A stretch of DNA of 64,000 nt, from NCBI GenBank assembly GCA_024704765.1, contig JAKMXF010000066.1, positions 500,495 through 564,494 on the forward strand. Direction: 5' to 3'. The position numbers and the translations under genes were made by a program. Under the pieces are notes generated by a model that saw nothing but the letters and a program-made list of their open reading frames with translations, did no database searches and was not told where the DNA came from. Source of the stretch: Oopsacas minuta (lineage: Eukaryota > Animalia > Porifera). Shown piece by piece: positions 1 through 10,784 of the stretch. The first letter of the stretch is position 1. Each line of letters begins with the position of its first letter.

Positions 1-15
1 AAACAAGAAATACAT

Positions 16-2577
16 ATGAAATTCTCAGATACGAAAATTACCGCGGATAATTCATATATACAGGCAGATCAATCCGAAACAAAACCAATTTGTAGTGATA
101 TCCATATCCAATCGTCAGAGCATGTTATACAGGAAAATACACCTTTGTTGCTAATAGATACGTCAGTTTCAGAAATTACACAAGATAATCCAATTATCAA
201 CGCTGATGAACTAGAAATTCAAGAAACAATACAATCAATGGCAGTGATAGATGATCAACTTGTTAAAGCGACTGAATTACGAGATACATTCAAATCCTTG
301 GAAGAGATATTGAATTCTCCTCATATAGAAATAACACAAGCAAGAGATATACTGCTTCTCTACAGTAGTCTCAGCAAATTACATCTTTATGACGTCATCA
401 AACAGCATCTTTGCAAGTCAATCGATACAATTGAGATTCCAACAATAGCTCAGTATCTTGACTGTATTTCTAATTGGGAGTTGTGGACATTCCTTCCACT
501 GTCAGTATCCAGTCAGCTGTCTAATCAGCTGTTTAAGTTATCTCTTAATCTTGACACTATACATACACCGGATCCTGAACATTTTGATGAAAAAGCTCCG
601 AGTATTCAGGATTTGTGTATGAAAAGTGGAGTACCTTCATTTGATCAAAACATACTGAATTATTACAGATGTTATTTCTCTCATTTAATACTAAACTCTC
701 TTCTAAACGAGTCTATTGTAGAAGAAATGATTGAGAATTCTGATACTACATTGTGTATGTGGAGGATGGTTTATTGTCAAGAAGAAGAACGCCTGGATGA
801 TGATGCTACTGCTAATCCATGTGAAATTAAGAAAAAATGTAAGGCATGCTTCTCTCCAACAAGCAAGATTATGACAGATAAATTCACATTAGGTTCTTAT
901 GTCAAAATCAGCTTTGTAGCTAGATCTACATCTTCTAACTCGAGTATGCCAATTGCACTAGGCTACATATCAACAGTATCAAATATTCTAGGTCGTATTA
1001 CAGTAGAAATATTGGATCCTGTCCCTGATTGCCTAAAGAGAGCAGGTCGACTTGAGGTAGGCATATGGACTCTCACCTTGCTAGACAACATTACTACATT
1101 CAAGAATTGTACCAAAGCTCTACATAGCTTACACGAGAGTAAGATTATTTCTATATTAATACATCCTAAAGGGTTCCCTCCTCTTCTAGAGATAGCACAA
1201 GAACACAATTTAGACTATACATCTAAACAATCTCTACCTCCAGAAGAGATAGAAAATGTTTCGCATCCTTATGATGTATTCCCTAACTGTCAGGGTTGTA
1301 ATAATAGGATTAGCTTCAATGAGAGACAGGAAAATGCCATCATCTCCGCTCTCGGAGACTCCCTTACTCTGATACAGGGTCTGCCTGGTACTGGTAAGAC
1401 TGTAGTAGCAGCAGAGATTGTACATCAGTTACGTCATCTGATTAGACTTAAAGATAGATGTGATACTGCTAAAATGCTAGTTACAGGTGTTACTAATATC
1501 ACTGTGGATAATCTCACATATAAACTGTTGGATTTAGGGATGCTAGTGTTGCGTATTGGGGAGACTACCAAAGACCTACGTGAATACTCCTTAGAATATC
1601 AGCTGCAAATGAAAGGGATAGAACTACAAGAAAATGGAGAGTTTAAAGAAGAAGAAATAATCAATAAAATATTAAAATCAGCTGATATAATCGCTACAAC
1701 ATGTTCAAGAACAGGAGATAATATTCTGAAGAATATAACATTCCCTTATATACTAATCGACGATGCTACTCAAGTGATAGAACCTATATCATTAATTCCT
1801 ATAGTCAAATCTTGTGAGAGGCTTATTCTCATAGGAGACCCACAACAACTAGTACCCAAGTTACCATATGAACCAGAGGGTGTGATTCCTCTAAATGCAC
1901 TTCGTGTTACTCTATTCCACAGGTTACATGCTCAAATGGAGCCTCTTTCGCTAGTTGAACAGTATCGTATGCATCCTGCTATAGCTGAATTTCCTTCTAG
2001 ATTATTCTATTCTGGGAGATTGAGAACAGCAGTCAGCTGTTTGAATAGAACACCGCCTAATGTTAGGTTCCTCACTAAAGACAGACCTGTTACATTCTGT
2101 AATGTAGAATCAAGAGAAGAGGAAGCTGGAAGTTCTTGGAAGAATACAGGAGAAGCTAATAAAGTTGTAGAGATTATTAAAGAACTGATAGCTACTACAG
2201 AATACAAAGTATCTGATATTGGAGTAATTACACTGTATGTCGGACAAGTTAAATGCATTAAAGATACGCTAGGTAGGATACAAGTAGATGTAGATACTAT
2301 AGACAGCTATAGAGGCAGGGAGAAGGAAGTAATTGTATTCAGCACTGTTCGGAACACAAAACACGGAGATATTAGTCTTATAGAAGATTTAAATACAATA
2401 AATGTGTTGTTAACAAGAGGAAGGCGAGCAATAATCGGAGTTGGTAACCCTATGACTCTGTCTAGATCTCATATCTGGAATGAATGGTACTATTTCTATT
2501 TTGAAGGAGACAATGAAGACGATAAACCGCCGCATGATGACGTCACTGAGGCTTCAGATTGGGCATGGGATGCTTGA
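16..2577 (+). CDS. UPF1/NAM7-like superfamily 1B helicase (intronless, no UPF1 CH domain seen)
   Basis: 853-aa ORF with SF1B motifs in order: GLPGTGKT, TNITVDNL, LIDDATQ, LIGDPQQL, QYRMHP, DTIDSYRGREK, NVLLTRGRR. The acidic N-terminal half is unrecognised. Confidence 0.85.
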   Translation: MKFSDTKITADNSYIQADQSETKPICSDIHIQSSEHVIQENTPLLLIDTSVSEITQDNPIINADELEIQETIQSMAVIDDQLVKATELRDTFKSLEEILNSPHIEITQARDILLLYSSLSKLHLYDVIKQHLCKSIDTIEIPTIAQYLDCISNWELWTFLPLSVSSQLSNQLFKLSLNLDTIHTPDPEHFDEKAPSIQDLCMKSGVPSFDQNILNYYRCYFSHLILNSLLNESIVEEMIENSDTTLCMWRMVYCQEEERLDDDATANPCEIKKKCKACFSPTSKIMTDKFTLGSYVKISFVARSTSSNSSMPIALGYISTVSNILGRITVEILDPVPDCLKRAGRLEVGIWTLTLLDNITTFKNCTKALHSLHESKIISILIHPKGFPPLLEIAQEHNLDYTSKQSLPPEEIENVSHPYDVFPNCQGCNNRISFNERQENAIISALGDSLTLIQGLPGTGKTVVAAEIVHQLRHLIRLKDRCDTAKMLVTGVTNITVDNLTYKLLDLGMLVLRIGETTKDLREYSLEYQLQMKGIELQENGEFKEEEIINKILKSADIIATTCSRTGDNILKNITFPYILIDDATQVIEPISLIPIVKSCERLILIGDPQQLVPKLPYEPEGVIPLNALRVTLFHRLHAQMEPLSLVEQYRMHPAIAEFPSRLFYSGRLRTAVSCLNRTPPNVRFLTKDRPVTFCNVESREEEAGSSWKNTGEANKVVEIIKELIATTEYKVSDIGVITLYVGQVKCIKDTLGRIQVDVDTIDSYRGREKEVIVFSTVRNTKHGDISLIEDLNTINVLLTRGRRAIIGVGNPMTLSRSHIWNEWYYFYFEGDNEDDKPPHDDVTEASDWAWDA

Positions 2578-2808
2578 AAGGTTAATTTATTGATACCATG
2601 TATAAATATTTTAATATTTATTAGGTTTGAAAAGTACTTTTTAAATGACAAATAGCTACAGAATTCCATAATAATAATATTCAATTAGTAATTGAATAAA
2701 TCTTATTTATATTTTCTTATAAATAGTCACAGATATTATATGCTAAATAATTATACAAATATTTACAAATTGGGGGAGTTTGTAATCCAAATTAGACAAT
2801 TATGAGAG

Positions 2809-3933
2809 CTACATTTGTTCTTCCTTCGCCATTCCCTTCATGAATGGCTCTCTGTTTTTATTTTGAAATTTCCTGACCATTTCATTGACAATTCCATCCT
2901 GACTTTCTGTGAAGTCTGATCTCGTTCTCATCTTTGGATTTTTAATCACGGTTTGTTGTCGCATGTAACAAGGAATATGTTGTAAAGAAGAGGCAATATC
3001 TTTGCTTTCATTTTCCATCAATAGGATATCCCTTTCTCTTGGATCACAGAATTTTATCGAGGACATATTGACATAATTATGATTCATTGCGCTGTTACCC
3101 ATGATAGGAGAATGTGGTGCACTCCTACTAAGCCGTATATTATCTGCTGCTGTATATGAGCTAGGCATATTCAGCCTGCAATATTCATTGGAGTCAAAAG
3201 CAATTCTATAATCAATATCATTATCCGTTGCCTGATGTTCGTTATCATAAGTATATGCTCTATCCAGTTTATTTAATCTCCTAGAAGTGAATTGTCCAGT
3301 AGATGGGCTACTTGTATTGATCTTGGTATTATATTGGTGTATACGTTCATAATCTTGTGATTGTGAATAGAAATTCGTGCTTCGTGACTTTTTAAGTTTG
3401 CCAGGTTCGAAATCAAAAGCTTGTTCACATAATGGAGTTACATCTGTGTCGATATAGTTCATAGAACTAGCTACACTCGGATTTGCATTTGTCAAGAGGT
3501 CTAAGTAGAAAGGCATAGTTCTCTCTGTTTGGTTACTAGTAACACAAATCTCCTCTGAATTCTGGATACACCACGTCATGTTTGCAATTTTACTGTGTTT
3601 ATTGATCTCGAATAATTTTACTGTTCTATCCCAGTGTATTTCAATGATAGGTTTTCTTGCTTGATTATACTGAATCTCAGATTCTATATTAGCCATTAAT
3701 CTTTTCTTCGAGGAATACAAAGAGCTGTACTCTGATATTTCCTGATCCACATCGTGTTTGACCTTCTGTAATTTCGCGATATCTCTTTTCCACTCCCTCT
3801 CTAATTTATCTATTTCATCGTATAATTGGTTTTGTATATTATTTAGAAGTCTACTAAACTCGATAAACTTATTCTTTACTACATCTCTAGCATTGTCAAA
3901 AGGACAATACTCTGAATCTGTTCTATACTGCAT
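2809..3933 (-). CDS. Uncharacterised protein with N-terminal coiled coil and low-complexity Ser/Thr-rich C-terminus
   Basis: 374-aa ATG-initiated ORF; heptad-like segment LQKVKHDVDQEISEY...; no other recognisable domain. Confidence 0.6.
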   Translation of the reverse strand: MQYRTDSEYCPFDNARDVVKNKFIEFSRLLNNIQNQLYDEIDKLEREWKRDIAKLQKVKHDVDQEISEYSSLYSSKKRLMANIESEIQYNQARKPIIEIHWDRTVKLFEINKHSKIANMTWCIQNSEEICVTSNQTERTMPFYLDLLTNANPSVASSMNYIDTDVTPLCEQAFDFEPGKLKKSRSTNFYSQSQDYERIHQYNTKINTSSPSTGQFTSRRLNKLDRAYTYDNEHQATDNDIDYRIAFDSNEYCRLNMPSSYTAADNIRLSRSAPHSPIMGNSAMNHNYVNMSSIKFCDPRERDILLMENESKDIASSLQHIPCYMRQQTVIKNPKMRTRSDFTESQDGIVNEMVRKFQNKNREPFMKGMAKEEQM

Positions 3934-5085
3934 TGAATCTGTTGATATTTCATTTTATACTTTATAAACGAGCATATATATATATCACCAAATACACGAG
4001 CACGATGTCTCCAATTACATATCTTATCTTGATATATCAGGAATTGCTCTACAAATAGGACTTTAGGAGAAATATTACTAAATATTTGTAAGTACAAAAA
4101 ATATCTAATTTTGAAATCTGCTAGCACTACGTATGATATTTCAACACAATCATTTTTACTATATACTTTGTTATATTCATTTATTAGAGGACATATCTTG
4201 TCCGTGATCAGTATTAGTTATATACTCTTGGATCTACCGTGTTAACACAACTGTAGATTCTGCATCAGTTTAATCAACTGTTCTTTACGACACATAACTT
4301 CACCCTCTCTTCTTAACTACATCTAATCTCTACTATATTTATTTTGTGGTAAGTTTAACGATACAATCCAGAGGTTTCATACTTCAGTAGGTTAATTATT
4401 GCAATATTATCCTTGAAGAGGTTACTTTATGCTTTCTGCATTAATAATCATTATCTTTGCATTTCTATTTCAAATATTGATATATGTGTATAGTAGTTCT
4501 AAATATATACCAGTTCTAAATATATACCAGTTCTATTTTGGTATATATTGGTGTATTCAATGTACTTAAGTTACAAGTAGTGGAACCATTAGTCCTGCGT
4601 GAATCTTTACATAACTATTTACTAGTAGGCTAATTAATCAACTCAGAGTAGTGACTAACTATCCATTTTACCAGCAATTTGCAACCGTTTCATCCGTGGA
4701 CCAACAAGGGGTCATTTGCCCCCAGGTTTGGGATCGCTACATAATGCAATAATTCATGAGATTATTCGTTGTTCCACTTTCGTTTATCCAAATTTCTGAG
4801 TCTGTAAATAGTTCTGTGATGTATCATCCTGTTATGCAACGAATTCTCTAATATTATATGTACAACTGTCTCTACAAAAATATTTATAGACCTAATATTT
4901 ACACAAGTTGCTTATAATCATAAAAATTATTTTCCTACAGATATATTCGCTCAGTATGGCATTTTAAACCAATCAATGTTCCTTTTCAATTCAATGCCCA
5001 ATTATATTCAAATCGTGTTTATAACAAATTACTCAACTGATCACATCTCACACACAAGAGAAAAACTTTTACGCAAATACGCGAA

Positions 5086-7062
5086 ATGTCGCAAGCGGCT
5101 AAAAATAAGGTGACCATTGGCTTTGATGGCAGTGAAGAGCTGCTGGCTAAGTGTCACATGACCGGACAGAAGGGACGACGTGTTAAACTCGACGCTACAC
5201 ACCTACTTAACTTCACCACAGACACTCATAAATATCATGGACAGCATGGAGCTCCATCGAGTGCTCAAAACAGAGCTAGACGGAGTGCTGCTTATACGAG
5301 GGGCTATACTAAGGAGCATTATCTTCTCAGTAATGCCCGATTTGTTGTGCAGCAAGGACTAGACTGTGAAGGTATGTTGCAGTACGCTAGCCTGTGTTTG
5401 TAAACTAAATAATTGATGGTGCTTTATTCAAAATATCGCTTGTTATAATTGTCCCAACACTAGAGATTACAGTCAACTCCCTTTATATCGAAGCCCAAAG
5501 GACCGTGATAATTACTTCTATATAAGCGGAGTTCGATATAACCGATGAGAATTATGTTACTTCGATATAACTGGAGTTGACTGTATTGTTGTTTGTTCTT
5601 ATATATAGGATATCTGTTTAATCCAGACCAGATGTTCCCCTGGGAGGTTATTCTACAGATCTACTTGATAACAACCTCTCTTTCCTCCTGTCCCATCTGC
5701 TTATCTCGTCCTGAAGCAGCTCGTGTTACCAAATGCGGACACACCTACTGTCTCCCTTGTATCATGCATTTCTTCTCATCAGCTGAGGGGAAATGGGAGC
5801 CTTGTCCAGTCTGTGGTGAAATTATAAAACTGTCAGACTCTAAGCCAGTAGTTATCCTCCAAAAGAGAGAATTCAAAAGAGGAGATATGGTTAACTTCGT
5901 GCAAGTATGTCGACCTGTTGATCTTAACTATCCGCTACCTTGCTATCTAGACAGAGGAACGAGTAGAGAACTGTTGACCTGTTCAGATAAAGGAGTACAA
6001 TTTGCTAAAATATTAACAGCTGATAATCAATTCAAAAAACAAACACTGATTAGAGATAGAAATGAAATGTATAGAATTCTTAAGGATAAACTATGTGATG
6101 TAACGTTTGTACAGAATGCATTGAAAATGATAAACAGTGAGTTAAGAGAATATGATAATCCTGAAATTATAGATTCAGCTACTAATGTATTCGCTGACGA
6201 GTTTGTATGTCCAGAAGGAAGTGAGATTTTGACGGAAATCGACTCAGAAATGAGTTCTAAATACAATCAGGAAGATTGGGTATTCACGTATCAATCAGCT
6301 GATGGACAATACATATTCTTAGACCCGTTAAATGCCGCGATGTTAAGAGAGGAGTATGGAATGCTGTGTAAGTCTCCTGATAGGATAAGAGCTCAAATAC
6401 TCAATATTACACATCATGTTGTAACTGAACAGCTACGGTCTCGGTTTAAATGGTTATCTCATTTGCCGTTAATGTGTGAATTACAGTTCTTTGAGGTTAG
6501 TTTTAAACCTCCGCTAATATCACGCTATGTATTGGATAACTTTAGAGATACTGTTGAAAAGCGCAGAATAAACCGACAGATTAAACAGAAGCAAGAGGAA
6601 GTATCCGATAAGAAGGCAGCTGCTTACTGGAATAAGACATATCCCTCTCTCTTGGTATCAGACCCAGGAGATCAATTACCTGACTTCTCAATAGAGAACT
6701 TTACTCCTCTACCTTCTACTATCACTAATATTGTTACAGAACCTACTCAGTTATCTTCTAGCTTTGCACAAGCTCTATCACACCAACACACTCTCAGTAA
6801 AGATATTACGAGCAATCCACATGAAAATACTCCAATTGATAGTAAACAGGACCATTCCTCTGAATCAGATGACGAATTCGCTCCTCCTATCAATCGAGAA
6901 AGTCTCAGTAACGTCATAGCTACTAAGCTAGATGCCTATCTTCTACAGAAAGATTTAGAAGGAGTACATAAATCTAAAGTACAATCTGGGCCTACTCGTA
7001 GCAAGAGGGGAAAGGGGAAGAAGATTGTTCTATTCTCTACTTCTTCAGGGAGGCCGAGCTAG
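5086..7062 (+). CDS. RNF10: RING finger protein 10 (E3 ligase), 2 exons: 5086-5371, 5609-7062
   Basis: THLLNF and YLLSNARFVV N-terminal motifs; RING CPICL..ARVTKCGHTYCLPCIMH..CPVC; YQSADGQYIFLDPLN block; KKIVLFSTS tail; phase-consistent GT-AG intron 5372-5608. Confidence 0.9.
5470..5583. mobile_element. MITE family A (Tc1/mariner-pogo-like; CAGTCAACTCC..TTATATCGAAG TIR, TA TSD)
   Basis: 24-bp TIRs with 2 mismatches and TA on both sides; lies in the RNF10 intron. Confidence 0.85.
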
Positions 7063-7484
7063 TAATACTTTATATTAGGTCAATATAACACCTGATTTGC
7101 TATTTAGCTATAGTAGACCCAATTTATCAATAATAATAATTTCCAGCTTACTAATATATTCAATTGTGTTTAGATTATTAGCAAATATATATAAGATTAT
7201 GTGTAATTAGTGCTGATTTATACTTTTTATATTATTTCAATAATAAGATTTTGTCTCAATTTATACGAGTTATACTTTAGTAAATTAGGATTACATTGAA
7301 TTGCAGTGAACCGCCACTAGCATTTCTCGGCGTCCCTGGTACCCCGTTTTCTCATACTGACATTCCGTAAGTATACTATCTCCTTGGATGTAATAGAATT
7401 CGTAATATATGAATACGTCATTGTAATATAAGAGTGAATCAGCTGGGTAATAGAATATAGAATATAATGTCTGATTATTCTCTC

Positions 7485-9294
7485 TCAAACTACGTTTAGT
7501 TTGGTTACAATACACACTCTTACTGACTGATCAAACGAGGGACACACGAACAATCCTTCCTATAGAATACAGAATAGAAATGCAAAATAATTTTGTTTGT
7601 AGCACAACTTATAAATGTTGTTTACCTTGTCATTATTCCAGTCCAATGTCGATATAGGTTGATCTGACAGATGTATATTCTGTAGAGCAGTCACACTACC
7701 CATTACACCTTCCTCTGTTTCATCCTCGTTCTTCTTAAACCGTTTAGGTGGATAGTTGCTACAATTTGTAATAATTCATTAGGTATTTAAGAGAGTGCTA
7801 TCAATTAACTCACTATTTCCAAATGTTAACTGTCCCATTTCCGCCAGTGGTAGCGAATATATCTCTGTTCTGAGGGAGATGTTTCACGCTCCAGATTGTA
7901 GACTCATGTGCCTAGATTAAATTGCTCATAATCACTGTAAAATTTTACTGCAAAATAACTGTACAATCAACTTCCGTTATATCGAAGCTTAGTGGACCGC
8001 GATAAATACTTCGATATATCCGTGTTAGATATAACGTGAGTTAACTGTATTTCCTTACCTTTTCAACAAGAGATGCGAATCCTTTGGCCTCGTTAAAAGT
8101 GCGTAAATCATAAATATGATATTTCCCCTCTAGTGTGACTGCTACTAACTTATTCTTAATAATATCTGTTCTATCGAATTGTAAGCCACAAACCTAATTC
8201 ATTAAATGAAATAAAATCAGCTATTTCTAAACGGAAATTTGTTACGTCACTCACTCCATTTTTAAGATTATTCTCCCAGAATAAACTCAAATTTCTCAAA
8301 TCAAACATCTTAACATCTCCGTTATCATATCCAGAACACACAAACCTTTCTTCATTGTTATGAGAATTCCCTACGAACATTTGAATTTAGTTTCATGAAT
8401 ACATAGTAATTATAATTATATTACCCATTGCAACAGCCCAGCAATCTCTTCTAGCCTCTCCTTTAGCAGGTTCCATGCAAGCTACCGGGTTATTCTTCTG
8501 TCTTACGTCCCACACTTTCACTGATCCTATAAACACACGTTATTAACACAGTCTATTTCCATTATATCGAACACGGATATATGGAAATACCCGCTTATAC
8601 CGAAGTCAAGTCTTAAATTGTACAAATATTATCCCAAACCTTCAAAGTAACATAATTTCATTGTTTATATCCCAATAATTATCGCGATCCCTTGAGCTTC
8701 GATGTAACGGGAGTTGACTGACACAACTGCAGTGTTTATATTGTAAGCTAATTGGTACTCAAAATTATTCTTGAAATCAACATAGGTAGTATTTATTTAT
8801 AACAAACCGTCTCTACTCCCAGTCACTATCTCAGGTGCTCCATTCCCTATTCCCACTCCACCACATCCATCAATAGCATTGATTATCCCTTCATGAGCTT
8901 TCACACTGTATACCGGATAATCTAACCTCTCTAGATCCCATGTAGCTAGTCTTCCATCAAAGTCTCCAGTAGCTAGATGTCTCTGGTGTAGAGAGCTAGC
9001 TCCAAATGTCCCGCACTTGAATGAAGATTTCTTCTCTGTCTAGAAATAATATAAAAACACGAATCGTGACGTAATTCACGCTTAATAAATACATTATTAT
9101 TGTATACTTACTTGTACAATTAATTTTAACTCTCCCTTATTGACTTCATATATTTGAATTGCTCCCGTGCCTCGGGGATGAGAGCCCAATACAACACACT
9201 TAGCACTTGATGGTATCCATTTGGTATCGTAGACAGTGAAGTTTAGACTCTTGTGGATGTGTACTATTATTTGCGGCTTTTCCCAGGTGGACAT
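7485..9294 (-). CDS. WDR92: WD repeat protein 92 / dynein axonemal assembly factor 10, 8 exons
   Basis: [28 protein letters not shown] start; [11 protein letters not shown]; [21 protein letters not shown]; RDCWAV; [14 protein letters not shown]; C-terminal [15 protein letters not shown]; all exon phases join with GT-AG introns. Confidence 0.92.
7964..8047. mobile_element. MITE family A, internally deleted copy
   Basis: CAATCAACTTCCGTTATATCGAAG ... GATATAACGTGAGTTAACTG with TA flanks; in WDR92 intron 7912-8058. Confidence 0.8.
8549..8720. mobile_element. MITE family A
   Basis: Degenerate TIRs plus shared internal motifs (ACACGGATAT, TACAAATAT, ATCGCGATCCCTTGAGCTTCGAT); in WDR92 intron 2. Confidence 0.8.
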
Positions 9295-9571
9295 TTTGTA
9301 GATTTTCAATTCAAATTGCAGTTTATTTCTACAATACTTGTGTAAATATATAATCAATTAAGGGAGACTTAGATCTTCCACGATTTATGAGATATTATTT
9401 GAATTGTTAAGATCGTGTAAACAATTAAATATGTATACACAGTCGTGGAAAACACCCAACAAACTGTATACCCCCAGAGATCTCTAGAATTATTGATAGT
9501 TCAAACTATACTAAGAAACAAAGATGCAATGGTTTGTAGGTTAAATATTGTCTGTCACATTTGAACTTAGC

Positions 9572-10336
9572 ATGGCAAGTTTAAAGAAAGTTCTTAATTA
9601 TTCTCAATTATTTGACGAATGGAGGCACAATTCAGATAGAGACATATTTGACTCGACTGTCACTCCAACTGATTCTCCTTCTTCTAATAATCCTTTCCGT
9701 GTCGGAATGAAACTAGAAGCTGTAGATAGAAAGTTTCCAGGTCTTTTCTGTGTAGCTTCCGTTATAAGAGTTATAGATGATGAATTGCTTATATTCTTCG
9801 ATGGATGGCCACATTATTATAACTATTGGTGTCACTTTAAAAGTCCAGAGGTTAGACCGATTCATAGTTGTGAAAATTCAAAATTATCCCTACAGATTCC
9901 TAATACAGGAGACAGAGCACGTGAATTGTGGAGAGATACAGGAGAAGGTCATGGATGGGATGTTTACCTACGTAACACCAGGGCTACTATATTACCAGAT
10001 GAAAAATTCTTTCCCCTTTACTTATCACAAACAAATGAAAATATGCTGAGCTTATTCGAGTTAACTGTACGTATCATTTTAGCAACTGATCAAATTAATA
10101 TTTATACTCTACCAGTTAAAATACAGGAACATTTAAAAGAGGCCATAATGTGCTGTATTTGTGGTACAAAGTTCTTGTTGGGATGGAGATGTGTACGTAT
10201 GTTTACCTGTCAGCGAATGCTCGATCCATCTGATAAAGCTTTTAATGAGCGAGCTAGAATTGTTTGCTCAGAAACTTGTGCAAATATTTTCACCAAAACT
10301 ATTCCACCAAATTCTGGTTCATGGAGGTGGGAGTAA
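9572..10336 (+). CDS. Single-MBT methyl-lysine reader fused to a BC-box/Cullin-box and Cys-rich C-terminal module
   Basis: FRVGMKLEAVD..FCVASV..FFDGWPHYYNYW..PEVRPI MBT core; then SLFELTVRII..LPVKIQEHL, MCCICG and CSETC. The ATG at 9572 is in frame with the track ORF (9548, TTG start). Confidence 0.8.
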   Translation: MASLKKVLNYSQLFDEWRHNSDRDIFDSTVTPTDSPSSNNPFRVGMKLEAVDRKFPGLFCVASVIRVIDDELLIFFDGWPHYYNYWCHFKSPEVRPIHSCENSKLSLQIPNTGDRARELWRDTGEGHGWDVYLRNTRATILPDEKFFPLYLSQTNENMLSLFELTVRIILATDQINIYTLPVKIQEHLKEAIMCCICGTKFLLGWRCVRMFTCQRMLDPSDKAFNERARIVCSETCANIFTKTIPPNSGSWRWE

Positions 10337-10784
10337 TTGATGTATGTATCTTTCTATAGTAACTTTTGAGTCTATCTTTTATAACTATTAATTATTTATA
10401 ATTATTATTTCGATATACATAGGCCTGCCCTTACGTTGGTAGGGTGAGTGATTCAGGAATGTCTTTAGATCTATTATAGATTTTAATTTTAGAGCTAGAG
10501 GCTAACTTTTTTCGATTATATTTGGCCTTGTATTTATTCGTCAAATCGTCCTTATTCCTGCTTGTAAATTCGAGTCAATTCGTATTTTTCTTACAATCTC
10601 GTTCTCCCGTAATGGATATGCTACGCTGAGCTGATATATATATATTCACGAGCTCGATTACAAATGCAGTCATGTCTTTAGTAATATCACACTAATAGCT
10701 AGACTATAAAAGTATAGGCCAAGCCTTACAATAGTATTATATTAACTAATTAATTCGAAATCTCTAAATTTTCAATTATTCGAC

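Noticed and set aside
963-2684. Short antisense ORFs inside long genes (e.g. 963-1208, 2007-2258, 6027-6266, 11201-11422, 43344-43766)
   Set aside because: Shadow frames of well-supported genes with no independent motifs.
4496-4535. Roughly 18-bp tandem duplication GTTCTAAATATATACCA
   Set aside because: Ordinary local slippage in AT-rich intergenic DNA.
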